From: Lama guanicoe
Lineage: Eukaryota
DNA length: 64,000 nt
Direction of reading: 5' to 3'
Assembly (NCBI GenBank): GCA_013239625.1
Contig: MU053934.1
Location: forward strand, 9,445,352 to 9,509,351
The position numbers and the translations under genes are program-made. How positions within the stretch are numbered: the first letter of the stretch is position 1; every line of letters starts with the position of its first letter. The notes under the pieces are model-generated. The model ran no database searches, was not told the origin of the DNA, and saw only the letters and a list, made by a program, of their open reading frames with translations. Of the stretch, positions 35,681-49,109 are shown piece by piece.

Positions 35681-38600
35681 CCAGTGAGATGCTCAGAACG
35701 TTTTGACCCTTAAAGCCAGCCACATGACCCCAGGAAGCAAGATTGTGCTAAATTGGAATTCAGTTCCAGGAACAGATTCTCTCCAAACGTCCCAAATGCC
35801 CTTGGTGCTCCTCAACCCAGCCTGATTGGTAGCCAGTGCCTGGGGAAGTCTCATTGAACAAATGTTCAGGCTCACTGCAGCCTCTCTAAATCTGGACAGG
35901 GAGCTTCTCTCCTCAGAACTCCCGAGGGCCTTAGCAGCTTAGATAACTCTGGGGAGTTATCCAGGTTCTGTGTGGCATGTTTGTCCTCCTGTGCCTCAGT
36001 TTCCCCACCCCAGAATAGGGCACTGAACTCACAAGCTCTGTGGTCCCGCTGAGCTCCCAGGTCTGCCCGACATGAGGCACAACATGTTTGTCTCCCCACA
36101 AGTCCCTTACCCACCTGACTCTGCCTCCCATGAAGGCAGGGATCATGACTGTAACCTCACCATTACGAGCTCAGCACCATTACGTCACGAAGCCCAAATG
36201 TGGGTACCACCAGTGTTTACTGCATGAATGAATGAATCATTGAATTAATGAACAAAAGAATCCTTCCTGTGCTCATTCATTCCATCAATCGATTTCCCAC
36301 ACTCACAACCAGGATTCCCTCATAGCAGCTCTACAAGTCTATTCTCGCAAGCCTCGCGTGATGGGGAACTCACCACCTTTCAAGATAGCCTGTTTCATGT
36401 TGAGGCAGCTCTGATCAGAGAGCATTTCCCTGAGCCGGTCTCCCTCCTGGGCCTCAGGGGAGAGTGGCTGGAGGAGGGGGGAGAGGGGCACGTGGCAGAG
36501 AAAGGAGCCCTCGGGACCCACGGTCCTTGGAACTCCCATCTGATGAGTGCTGGGAGCAGGTGAGGGGAACCCAGAGCTCCAGAACCCCCTTAGTTGTCTC
36601 TGCACCAGCCCAGCTGAGGTCCCAGGGTGGGCGGGGCCAGGGCGGTGAGTGCCCAGATCCCAGCTGGGGCAGGGCCAGCACACCAGGAGGTCTGCCGAGA
36701 CTAAGAAAGCAACTGGGCAGAGAGAAGAGCTGGGGCGGGACAGGTGGTCTGTGTTGTCTCCGTGGCTTCAGTGCCTCCGCCTGCCCGGCCTGGCCTGGGA
36801 AAACAAGCTGGGCACTGAGCGTGCGGCACTTTGACCACGGGGACAAAGGCTGGCTGTTAGGAGCCCACGGCAGCCAACCGGGCCTGGCTGGCGGAACATC
36901 GGTTTAGACCAGGCCAGTCAGGCTGAGCTGCCAGCCCCACGGCCTGCCCCTCGGGCCCCTGGGGAGAGAGCTGGGGCTGGGGGCCAGGGTGGGGGTGGTG
37001 AGGAGGGCCCCGGGCAGGCACCCCTCCCCCAACCCTGCACGCCGGGTGCACAGCTCCCTGGCCCAGCCTCTCAGGAGACTGAGATCTGCAGAAGCTCCTT
37101 GGGTAAAGGAATAGGACTTCCCCCTCCATCTCTGTCTGGGTGAGGAGCCAAGTGACCAGTGCATCAGCGGCAGCATACTGGTGGGCTTCCCGCCCCAGTG
37201 AGGGGCACCCCCACACAGTACATCTTTGCTCTCTGTGGACAGACGCTATCTCTGGCCCCAAGCTGGACAAACCTGAAGTACCAGGGTGCCCAGAAGCAGC
37301 CCCTCCTCAAGGATGGGTGGAGCAGGCGAGCAACTGCCCCTCGATCAAGGCCACCTGGAGCTGCGCAGACTCCCAGTACTCCCGGGGGCAGAGGGCTGAG
37401 CCCTGGCGGCCTCGGAGGTGACTTGCTTGATGACACACACTATATTGGCTGTGTCCCCTCCCTGCCACACTTCATACCCTCCTCATGTCTCCTGGGGCCC
37501 CCTCCCAAGTAAGCCAGGCTCACAAGGACGGATGCTTCAGGCTCCGCTTCTGGGAACATGCAGAGGGAACCAGGCACCACAGAGGGTCTCTGCCAGTGTT
37601 TCAGTCACAGGAGCTTCCCCGTCCTGGAGCTCAGAGAACCAGTAGGTGGGTGCTATGTCATCTCAATAACTATGGCCCTCAGGGGAGCAGGAAGCCTCCC
37701 TGAGGAGGGACACCAAGGCCAGAATGACCCGGAAGGCATGAACCGAGCCATGCAGGGCTGCACCCTGAGGGAAAAGGCCTTTGGGTTTGAGGGGATGGGG
37801 GATGGGCCCTGACGAGGGGTCTGCCCAAAGAGCAGCTCTCAGGCCTGCAGAAGCCCCTGACTGACGCCTCATCTGCACTTCCACTGGGGGTGATAGGGTT
37901 CCCTGCACCCCTAGCCTGCCCTTTCCCCACTGAGGGCTGTGCCACCTGCCTGTCCGGCTCTTACTCTCACAGCTGTGTGGCAGTGGGGGCTCCCAGGAAG
38001 CCACGTGGGGCAGGTTTCAGGGAGCAGGATGTCAGTTACAGATGGCCCGGGTTCACCACTGTGTCCAGGAGGGGAAGGATGCGTTTTGGATAGAGGCCTG
38101 ACCCTGCGGAAGCTCTGGAACTAGAAAGGACCCCCGAGCTGGCCTGAGTTGGGAGGAATCAACCAGGCCCTATCCTCTCGCCTGCGTCCATCATTGGAGG
38201 CCATGACCTTGGGCCAGGCAGGTCTTCACGTGGTGAGGCCAATCCTGAAGAGGCTGGGACCAAAGGCTGTGTGCAGGGGATGGGGAGACCTTTGGGACTG
38301 GGGGGAGGGGAGGCTCAGAGCACCCACAGGCAGGTGCTGCCTTGGCGCCTCTGTCCTGTTCAGCTGCCCCTGGCTGTCCCACTGGCCCCTCATCCTCAGC
38401 CTCCCCCAGCTAAGCTCCTCCTGCCTCCTGCTGTGGGTCTGGGAGAAGCCACACTTCCACGGTGCCAGCCTGGCCCTCACCACCCCTTCCCACCTCTCCA
38501 CCCACCTCCTTACCTGGGGCCTGACCTCATAGGCCCCAGGCTCCACACCCCAGATCTTTCCAGGCGCAGTCCCCTGCCCTGCGTTCCCCCCACGCGCACC

Positions 38601-41399
38601 CTCACTTCAGCCGCCCACAGGGCCTGGAGAGCTTGAGCGTGCCCTCCACTCACCTGCACCTTTGCCACCTGAAACCCTTCCCTGCCCTCCGCCTGAGTCA
38701 CCTGTTTGCCCTCTGCTGAGGTCTTAGGGCCCCCCGGCCCCCGGCCCCACCTCAGGATTCTCGGCCTCTTTCCGGCTTTGTGGCTGCGCAGGCGTGCCCC
38801 CGTGGCCCCGGGGCCAGGCGCCGTGTCTGCCTCCTTCGAGCAGCCAGCAGCGTCCTGGGGCCCAGCATGGGGCCTGGGGCCCCGCAGGCCCTCAGTGGAC
38901 ATGTGAAAAGTAAAAAGGGACCAACGAATGAAGGCGTGAGTGAGTGAGTGACATCCGGGTGACCGTGAACAAGCTCTACCACCTCGAGGATGGTGAAGGA
39001 TGAGGGGCCAGCCCTGAGCGCAGAGGCCGTGGGACCAGCTCTGAACTCTGGGAGGAGGAGAGAAGCCACCCTTCACTCGGGACCAAGAAACACTCTGGAA
39101 CATTCCCCAGAAAGGACACTCGGGGCAGGCAGATCCCACGAGACCCCTGTCATCACCCCAGTGGCAGCCCTGCTGAGTCAGGGCCTGAGTCAGCCTCCAC
39201 CCCCGACAGGCTCCCTCGGGGACCTGCCGGGATCTGCGTTTGTTCCCAGCATCCAGCGCTGGCCGAGACCTGCAGCCCCGGACGCCCGGAGCCCGCGCCG
39301 CGGCTCCGCGGAGCTCTGTGTTGGAACTTGCAGGTTTCCGAACTCAGACCTCCTTCCAGCTGCCTTCCCACGGAGCTGCCGCAGCCCATCAGGTTGCCCC
39401 AGGGATAAGTCAGCGTCCCAGGTGCTGGGGCGGGTTGGCCGGGTGGTAAAAAGCAGTCCCCTGACCTGGGGCAAGCCGCTGCCTCACCCACCTGCGTCTC
39501 GGTGGCATTCCCCGGCCGTCCTGCCATCAACCCGCTATGTATGAGTCCACACTCTTCCCTCCACGTCCCCACCTGTTCATCCAGGCCCTGGCCCGTTCCC
39601 TCTGCCCCCTTGGCAATGGCCTTCTATCTCTGCTGCACCTTCCACTGCTCCCTTCCCTCCAGCATGCGACACATGCAGGTCTCTCCTTCTTCAGGTTAAA
39701 AGCACCCTTGACGCCACACCCACCTCCCTGCCACCACCACCCCAACACATCGCCCAACGCTCCTCAGCCCCATCGGCGGGTGCTATCGCCACCCTCCACT
39801 GAAAAGGCTCCTAGAGGGTCAGCGAGGAGTTCCATCTTGCCAAAGCCAAGGTCCCCTCAAGTCCATCTCGCGGCGGGTGATGCAACCAACCCACCTCCCT
39901 CTGGAAGCTCTTGTCCTCAGGCCTGCTGGCTCCCTGACCTCCCTGGGTGCTCCTTCTCTGCGCTGTGGCCGATCGGTCTTCTGGTCAACCTTAACCACTC
40001 CCAGACTTCAATGACCAAAACACACTGAGGCTTCCCAAGTCCACATCTCCAGGCCTGCCCCAGCCCCCAGTCTCCTCCGATGTTTCTGCAGTGCCAGCTG
40101 AGGGCTGATGGAGGAGAGGGCTGAGTGAGTGCCAGTGAGGCCTGGCCCACAAGGTCTCCAACACCAGGAGATACCGACGTGCACACAGGCGACCCTGTCT
40201 GACACCTGTCCACGCGTGAGCACGCCTTCCCACCTCCGGCCTCCTGTGGTTCCACACTCACCCCCACGGCAGGAGAAACTGGTTGCCCTCCTGGGATCTC
40301 CATGGCCTCCCTGGATGTCCTGTCCTGCCCTATCAGGGCTTCCTGGAGCTGGCCCGGGCACCAGCCGTTCCTGGACCGGGAGCCACCCCCGTGACTTCTG
40401 ACCTCTGAGTCACTCTGTGGCATGAGGAATCTGAACTTCCTCAGGCTCCAGGGCTGAGACAAGACGCCAGCCCCAGGGGTGTCACTCTCAGACCTCAGGC
40501 AGATGCTCCAAGTCACATGGACTTCCCAGTGTATCATCTCTGCTACCACCTAGATCTGAGCCACTGTCACCCCTCACCTGGGCTACTGCCAGTGTCCTCT
40601 CCAGCGCATCCTCCCCATCCCCAGCTGCAAGAGAATCCTTCTAAGATATTCAGACCTCACAGGTAAGTCTGCCCCCGGCCAGCCTCTCCCACTCCCAGAC
40701 CCCTCTCCCCAGCAATGACCAGCCTTTCAGGCCAGTGGAAATCTGCTGTGAGTGAAAAATGATGAATTGCTGTCATAAGTTTACTTTCTCTGATTACTCT
40801 GACGTTACTTCTCTGTTTAACAACTTTGCTCATTTTTAATTGGATTTATGTCTTTCTTTTTTTTACGCAGAGGAGCCTTTTTCTACTTAAATGTCACATA
40901 ATATGAATTCAGATTCTTGCAGACAAAAGATAATTTTTAAAGAGGTTAAAGCATGATTCTCATAAGAACAGAAAAATGAACACATCTAAGATTTTACTTA
41001 ACTCACTAATTAATAAGGGAACCAGTAAGATGTGAAAAACAGTTGAAAGGAGAATTTGAAGGACAGACATATGTGTAGGCAATCAGAAATGCTGAAATGA
41101 ATTTGCTAATAGGTGCAAAACTGGTTAATATCCTATAGGGCAACAAAGTGTACTGTTTGGATTTTTCTTTATTATGAAATAGAATTCACTTATATCTCTA
41201 CTGGAAAAATTCATTTGCATTGTTACGGATAAGAATCATATGCCTTATAATCAATTTTCTACAGCTTGACTTCTACTCTGACAGAGTTGGTACTTGTCAA
41301 ACTTTCCAAGTCCTTTTTGTAATATAGACTACTTTTGTAATCTTTGTATAATTATGTAAAAACTAGTAGTATAGTGATTTCTAATTTTTTATAATTTTA

Positions 41400-41937
41400 G
41401 AATTTTTCGCTCTCCTGGATGTCCTGAAATTCCATCGTGATGTATCTTGGTGTGGAATGTTGAGACTTTTCTTTTTGTTCATTTATTTATCTCACTTGGT
41501 GTTCACTGAGCATTTCTAATCTGATCACTCACACCTCCCTCAGTTCTAGGGAATTCCTGTTTAGTAAATGACTAAATATTAATTATCTTCCTTTCTCACT
41601 AATACCTACTCTTGGGACTCTTGATAGATAAGTGAGGCATCCTCTGGATTTGTCCTCCTTGTTTCTTGATGAGAAGCCAGATATTAATTATATCATAGCT
41701 CCCCTTCATGGAACAAGTTGGGTTTTTTTCTCCAAACCTTTCAAGATTTTCCCTTTTCCTCTGGCTTTCAGGAGTTTGACTATGATTTACCCAGAAGTGT
41801 TTTTACTTTTGTTTACCCTGCTTGGGATTTGTTGAGCTTCTTGGATCTGTAAATTAATGTTTTCCATTAATATTGAGACATTTTCCATCATTGTTTCTTT
41901 CTTTCTTTCTTTCTTTNNNNNNNNNNNNNNNNNNNNN

Positions 41938-41998
<61 letters not shown>

Positions 41999-43800
41999 TT
42001 ATAGCTTTCTGCTCTCCTTCTGGGACCCCAATTACATGCATTTGGACAACTCAGTATTGTTTCTCAGGTTTCTGAAGTTCTATTCTTTTTCTCCAATCTC
42101 ATTTCTTTCCTTTCTTTGAGCTGAATACTTTCTGCTGATTTATCTTTAAGTTTACTGATCCTTTCTTCTGCTGTCTCCAGAATTAGAGCCCATGTAATGA
42201 ATTTTTTAAATTTTGGTCATTGTCCTTTTTAGTTCTAGAATTTCCATTAAGTTTTCATTTGTCTGTGGAGATTCCCTATCTGTTCACTCATTGATACCAT
42301 ATTTTCATTTAATTCCTTGAGCATATTGTCTTCTAAACATGTTTTTCTTTTATTCTTTAAACACATTTAGAGTAACTGCTTTGAAGTATGTGGCTGCCAA
42401 ACTTAAAATCTGGGCCACTCAGAGTTCATATCTCTTGACTTCCTTTGTGAGACACTCTTTCCTCTTTCTTAGATGGTCTAACAATTGGGGGTTGAAAACC
42501 GGCTATTGAAGATAACACATTGTAACAGCTCAGGAATCAGGAGTTGATTCGAGAAAAGTCAGCAGGGGCCAGAGCATGCAAGGAATCGCAGATGTGGGAG
42601 GGCCAAGGTCAGTCCCAATCAGAACTTTCACATTGTCATTTCCTCTGCCCAGAACAGTTTTCCTCTTTGTTCTCCTCACTAAATCCTTCTTGTGCTAGAC
42701 TTGGCTTCTCTTGGATACAGAATCACCCCCTTAGGGAAGTCTCCCCAAGCAGCCTGACCAGGTTAAGACCCCTTGTTAAACACATTTATAAGTACGTTCT
42801 ACAACTGCAGTAATTATGAACTTGTTTGTGTTCTCTCTTCTTTCATGTCTATCTCCCCAACTACACTGGAAGGGAGATGAGAGCAAGGCTGTGCAGTATG
42901 CTGTTCCCACGTGCCTGGCACACAGAGAAGCTCCAAAAATATTTGTTTAATAGAGGAACGTTGCCCACTTTGCCTCCAGGACGTTTTCCCAATTTGCTGT
43001 CTCACCAGCCATACATAAGACTGTTCGTTCCCTGAACTCTCACTGGTACTCGCAATTTTTTCTAAGTACTTCCTTTAATCTTGCATAAGCTTTTCCTATC
43101 TAATAGTTGAAATGTTTATCTTAGGTTAATTACATCTTTTGAAATTAAACCACTGAAAATATACACTTTCTTTTCTGTAAGTTTTCTTCCCATATCCATT
43201 GCAGATATTTCGTCTTGTTGATTTGCAAGGGGACTTTTTATGTTGAGTTAGAATGATTTTGTCTGGTACATATTTTTCCCAGTTAGTTGTCTGCCTTTCG
43301 ACTCTGCTTATACTGTTTTTTTCCCCACGTGAAAATTTTTATTTTTATATAGAAAAAATCTTCATTACTTCCTTTATAACTCCTGATGTGGGTGTCATTG
43401 CTTAGGAAGGTTTTTATCCACCTCAAAATTATACAAATAAATATATTTCCTCCCAGTGTATTTGTGGTTTCACTGTTTTAGCTTACGATTCTTAATCCAT
43501 CTCAAGTTTATTTTGGTGCAAAAAGAGAGACTTGGGTCTACCATCAGGTCATTTTTCAGAATGGTTGCCAATTGCTCCAGCCCTAATTTTTTTAAAAAGT
43601 TTACCTAAACAGAGAAACTTGTATCCCCTACTTTCATCTCTTTCTAGATTTTCTATTCTTTTTATTGATCCACTCAGCCCAGTGATAATCCTATACTTTT
43701 TTGAAAATGATTGCTTTATAATACATTTTATACATACTAAATTCCACTTGGAAGGCAGTTACACTCACTACCATACCACCAATGCACATTATTAAATTCC
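41400..43800 (-). mobile_element. Cluster of ancient L1M/L1ME fragments with an interspersed L2 piece, (TTTC)n, a poly-T run and an N gap
   Basis: T-rich block with antisense L1 motifs such as cttcttggatctgtaa and ctctccttctgggaccccaattaca. Confidence 0.7.
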
Positions 43801-43979
43801 ACTTGAAAATTTTTTGCTTTATTTATTCTACTAATATTTGTTGAATTCCTATTTTGAGTCCAATATTGTTCTAGGCACTGGAAACACAGCAATGACCAGC
43901 ACAGATGAGAATTCTGTTTTCGTGGGACTTTCCTTCTGTTCAGACACTCATTGTTCATCCACTCAGAATCTCATGAGCA

Positions 43980-45196
43980 GTAAGCGGCAAGTACTTTCAG
44001 TGCCAGAGGGTGGGAGATAAACTCAGATACATGGTACTGAGTTTCCAATATTAAGAATACATTGGCCCAGAAACCAAGAGGAATACATGGGTCCAAGAAG
44101 CGGGACTGGCTCCTTTGCCATCCCCACAACCTTAGACTTGTCAAATGTGGGGTCCTGGCTCCCACAAGGAGATTCTTCCATCAGAAGGCAAACTAAAGAT
44201 TCTACAGATCTTGAGATCTCAACACCATACTAGCAGGAGGAGCTAGGTTTGGGGACAGGCAGGAGTGTTTGTCAGAACTAGAGAATTCACTGGAAGCAAT
44301 GTCTCTTGTTGCATCCAAGATGGTGAGAACAGTGAGGAATCCACAGCAGCCACCACGGGCCAGCAAGGGCGATGCCACAAAGGGCTTGGCTCCCTCAGTG
44401 ATGAAGGTCTAGGTGCCCTCACCAGCCAGGCAACCTGGGCCAGGTGAGATGCACAGCTAGAATCTGTGAAGCAGGGTGGAGCTGGTGGGTAACAGTCAAG
44501 GCTTCAGACCAGCTGCACTGGTGGAAGCTATCTCTTGCTCTGCTAATAATACTATTTTTAAAACTTAGAGAGTTTGCTGCTGGCCATGAACTTGAAGAGA
44601 ACTCTGGCAGATTCAACTTTTTCAAAGGCACAAGCAGATATGAGCGTTGCAAGGGGCGGACTGTATTGACACCTCGAAGACACCATCTCAGAGTCCTCTC
44701 AGTCCCGCCTCTTACTCCAGCCACTGCCACTGTAGCCGGTTTGACAGTGGCTCCGCCAGCTTTGGACTGGTGCAACCAGACAGTACCTTACCTTGGGCGC
44801 ACGCTGGATAGCTCTTGCTGCCTGCTCTGGTGCTCCTCTGAGCATGTGATTTAGGGCACGGGGTCAACCCACTCTGCACTCACACTCACCCAGCCCAGAA
44901 GTGGGGGGCGTCAACATTCCCGGAGCCATCCTGGACCAACGGCGGACCATCCTGCACCAATGGTGAGCAGGATCTGGTGAATAAGAGCTTCCACCTTTAT
45001 CCCCTGGGTTGACAGATCTGAAGTGTATTTCAGGACTACCCCCGAATTCCCTAGGATCAAGTACCCTGCCCCATAGCAGTGATGGACCTGATAAAGCGTC
45101 CTTTCTTGGTTTCCCCTAGGATCTCCTTCCCAACTGAGCTGCCAGCAGGCAAGGCTTTATCTCAGATTCTGTTTTCAAGGAAACTGAATTAAGGCA
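43980..45196 (+). mobile_element. ERVL internal remnant followed by an LTR16-like LTR
   Basis: atacatgggtccaagaa...ggggtcctggctccca resembles ERVL-int. The end ggctttatctcagattctgttttcaaggaaactgaattaaggca is LTR16-like. Confidence 0.55.
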
Positions 45197-45299
45197 TGCC
45201 ATCGCTGACAGACAAATGTCAAAAAATAACCTCAAACTTGAATAAACACAAGTGCTGTGAAGGAGTAACACAGTGTGGTGAGATGGAGTTGTGACTCTA

Positions 45300-45505
45300 G
45301 AGTTCTGCCAAGCCACAGGGCACTATCTAATCTACAACTGAATTAATTTAAATGGAATAAGATTTAAAATGCAGCTTTGCAGTAGCTCTCACCATGGTTG
45401 AAGAACTCAACGGTCACATGTGGCTAGTGGCTACTGTATCGGGCAGTTCAGATGTAGAACATTTGGGCCATCACGGAAAGTGCTATTGGACACTGTTTCT
45501 CTAGA
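45300..45505. mobile_element. MER3/MER33-like hAT-Charlie fragment
   Basis: cacatgtggctagtggctactgtat...agaacattt...catcacggaaagtgctattggaca. Confidence 0.75.
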
Positions 45506-46025
45506 TGATTTGCCCGATACCTGCTGCTCTGTACTGTACTGCAAGTATGAAAATGTTCGGTTTTACCCTTTATTTCCAGCAACCAGCACAGGGACTGGCA
45601 CAGAATCAGAGAGAGGGTTGAGAGAGAGAGAGGAAGGGAGGGAGGGAGGGAGACCAGCTTAGCAGTGGACACAGAGGGTGATTCCTGCCATCATTTGGGA
45701 CCAAAGCCTTCCTCTGCCACCTCCCTCGTGGCCCTCATGCCACTCAGTGAAGCTGCCAGCTTCAGTGTCTGAGTCAGTTTGTCCCTTAGGGCCTGAATCC
45801 CTTCTCCCGACGACGGTCTGGGACGGGACAGCACTGCCCAGCAGGCTTTGCCTGGATGCTGACAATGGGTGTTGGAACTCAGACCCCACCCCTTCCCTCC
45901 AGCTCCCAGCTCATCCCACAAGGAGCCGTTTGGGACCTCAGGCCTGGGGACCAGAAGGAATGGGGAAGAAAGGACAAAACTGACAGGGTTCCATGTCAGG
46001 ACATGTGCAGGACAGAGAGAGAGAG

Positions 46026-47306
46026 AGCAAGAGAGGATGTTGAGCATCAAATAAACGCAGGCATTGACTGAGCTCTTACCATGTGCCAGGCAGGCACCAA
46101 ACTACGGATGTGATCTGATTTCACAGAGGAGGAAACTGAGGTCCAGGAAGGTGAAGCAGCCTGTCTTGGGGCACAGGACCACCAAGCAGTGAGCCAGGGT
46201 CAAGTCCAGGCAGGCTGGCTGCAGTGCTGTCTTCCTTGCCTGCGTGCCCGCCCAGGACAAGGGCAGGATGGGGCTGTGGGACCCGAGCCAAGTGTCCACG
46301 TTTCCTTCCTCCTCTCCTGGGCCCGAGAGGCTCTGAGACCTTGCTATCACCCTCAGGCCAGCCCCCGCCAGCCCAGCCAGCCACCCACCCCGTCCCCTCT
46401 GCCTGTGACCCAGGCCCAGAGAGGCTGGAGCGCTGGAGGAGGTGGTTCTGCCTCCAGCCAGAGACCTCGGGGGCTGATTGCACACTGGAGCCCCCACCAT
46501 GATGTCAGCACGGCCAAAGTGTCCTCTTTCACTGCCCCTCGGGTGACACAAGCCAGCTTCTCTTTCTGCACGGGATCTGGGGGCACCCACTAAGTCCCAG
46601 GTGCTCGCAAGGCGCCAGGACGGAAAGTATGACTCTCTTCTTCCCCCAGCGTGGGATCACTTTTCAAGCAAGAGAGGATGTTGAGCATCAAATAAACGCA
46701 GGCATTGACTGAGCTCTTACCATGTGCCAGGCAGGCACCAAACTACGGATGTGATCTGATTTCACAGAGGAGGAAACTGAGGTCCAGGAAGGTGAAGCAG
46801 CCTGTCTTGGGGCACAGGACCACCAAGCAGTGAGCCAGGGTCAAGTCCAGGCAGGCTGGCTGCAGTGCTGTCTTCCTTGCCTGCGTGCCCGCCCAGGACA
46901 AGGGCAGGATGGGGCTGTGGGACCCGAGCCAAGTGTCCACGTTTCCTTCCTCCTCTCCTGGGCCCGAGAGGCTCTGAGACCTTGCTATCACCCTCAGGCC
47001 AGCCCCCGCCAGCCCAGCCAGCCACCCACCCCGTCCCCTCTGCCTGTGACCCAGGCCCAGAGAGGCTGGAGCGCTGGAGGAGGTGGTTCTGCCTCCAGCC
47101 AGAGACCTCGGGGGCTGATTGCACACTGGAGCCCCCACCATGATGTCAGCACGGCCAAAGTGTCCTCTTTCACTGCCCCTCGGGTGACACAAGCCAGCTT
47201 CTCTTTCTGCACGGGATCTGGGGGCACCCACTAAGTCCCAGGTGCTCGCAAGGCGCCAGGACGGAAAGTATGACTCTCTTCTTCCCCCAGCGTGGGATCA
47301 CTTTTC
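46026..47306 (+). repeat. Exact 640-bp tandem duplication (46026-46665 and 46667-47306)
   Basis: The sequence and five ORF-track translations recur identically at an offset of +641, with a single A at 46666 between the copies. Confidence 0.97.
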
Positions 47307-48969
47307 CATTGCTAATTTCGGAGGAATCCAGTGAAGTAGTGGAAAGACCTAGAAGGCGGGAGACCTGGTTCTCTCCCCGGCCTGTCTAGGCTTCTGACAC
47401 ATGCACCCAGAGCCTCAGTCTCCCCTTCAGTGGGTCGGGAACCAGGAGCCGTGATGCTCAGGGCCCTGTCCCGTTTGGATTCTCCAAGATGCCCAGGTGT
47501 CAGTGAGGCCCGGGAGTTTCACGGGCAGCCGCTGGCGGACAGCTGGGACTACAGCTTTTCTGGGGTTTTTTGTTTGTTTGTTTTCAAACATGTCTTTGGG
47601 AGTGAAGACCAGTCAACCGTGACTGACCAATTTTATTTCAGAAATTGTATTTTACCATTAGGAGTACGAAGGACTTTAGAATTTACACATGGCTCCCCTA
47701 TCCCAGCCACCCTCTGGAGGTCGCAGCTTTATCCCCAGAGCGGCCAGCTTTTCCAGCCAACTGCGGACACGATGGATGCGCACGTTGGCCCCGAGCCTCC
47801 TGTGTGCACCAGGCACATTTTCATCCGTGCCCATCCTGGGAGGTTTGTACATTGTTATTGCCATCTTGCAGCCATTCTCCCTCCCTGCCAGAATCAGACC
47901 AACTCTTTGCCATCACTTCCTCCAGGAAGCCTTCCCCGACTTCCCTGCTGGGCATCCACTGGCCCAGTGGACCATGGCATCCACGTGTGTCCCACCACAT
48001 CCAGACTTCCTCTCCCCTTCCAGCTGTGCCCACGCTGAGAGCAGCAGCCTCGGCACCTGGCACCATGCCTCATGATGCTTGCTGCCCTGAGTGTCGGGGG
48101 AAAAGGTGAGGACCTGGTGCTTGAGTTCAGGGACAGAGTCAAACTGCCAGTCTCCTGTGCAAATCTGGGGGCTAAGTCTGCCTTGGCTCTGGGGGCCAGA
48201 GCGGCCTCACCTGGGAACCCTCAGGAGTCCGAGGGGTTGTTCACTCACTTTACCCCTGCCCCATCTCATTCTTCTGCCCTGAAACCTCCCTTAGCCAGAT
48301 CGACTCCTAGATTTTGTTATAATTTTCATGTTTTTAGTCCTGCAGACCACCCGTGAGGCGGACTGTATAAATGCGAAGAAGTAGAAGGAAATTTTGCCCA
48401 AGGAAGGGATTTCCTTCTCGTGCATTCTTCATGTCCTGTGCCTTTCAGAACCCTCCCTCTGCCTGGAATGTTCCCTCTGCCTGAAGTGCTCTCCACTCTC
48501 TTCTCCTGTTGAGAAGCTGCTCATCCTCCTTAAGACTCAGTTCAGGCAGCCCCCTCCCAAGAACCTTCCTAGACCCCCCACTGCCCCCTCCAGCTCCACC
48601 ACACCCACCACCCATGTGGTTCCTCCTTTACCTCCCTCACCATTTGCTTCCTTACCCATCCCTTCCCACTCCTCCTGCCTCCAGACATGCCTTGAGCTCC
48701 TCAAGGTCAAGGATGGGGTCTCATGCCCTTTGGGGGGGTCTGTCCCCAGGGTCCAGCCCAAAGAAGCCTCCATATGCGAGTCAGCTGCTGGAAACCAGTA
48801 ACACCAGCACATTCAGGAGCCCTGGCTGTGAAGGACGCCCCATCCTTTAAAAAGCCATCCTACTCACGTATCTAAGAAAGTGGAAACAATGTTTCGCCAT
48901 CTTCTCTACACTCACCTCATTTATTACCCAGGGAAACTGAGGACCAGAGAGAAGATGTCCAGCCAAGAT

Positions 48970-49109
48970 TGAACCTCTCACTCTTGCCCTGGGTCCTCTC
49001 TGCAGCAGAGCTGGCGCCTTGGTGGGGACAGCCTCAGACTGAACCTCTCACTCTTGCCCTGGGTCCTCTCTGCAGCAGAGCTGGCGCCTTGGTGGGGACA
49101 GCCTCAGAC
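48970..49109 (+). repeat. Exact 70-bp tandem duplication (48970-49039 and 49040-49109)
   Basis: tgaacctctcactcttgccctggg...gacagcctcagac occurs twice head to tail. Confidence 0.97.

Noticed and set aside
48970..49109. Direct repeats as a possible CRISPR array
   Set aside because: There are two units with no spacers and no cas genes, in a eukaryotic context.
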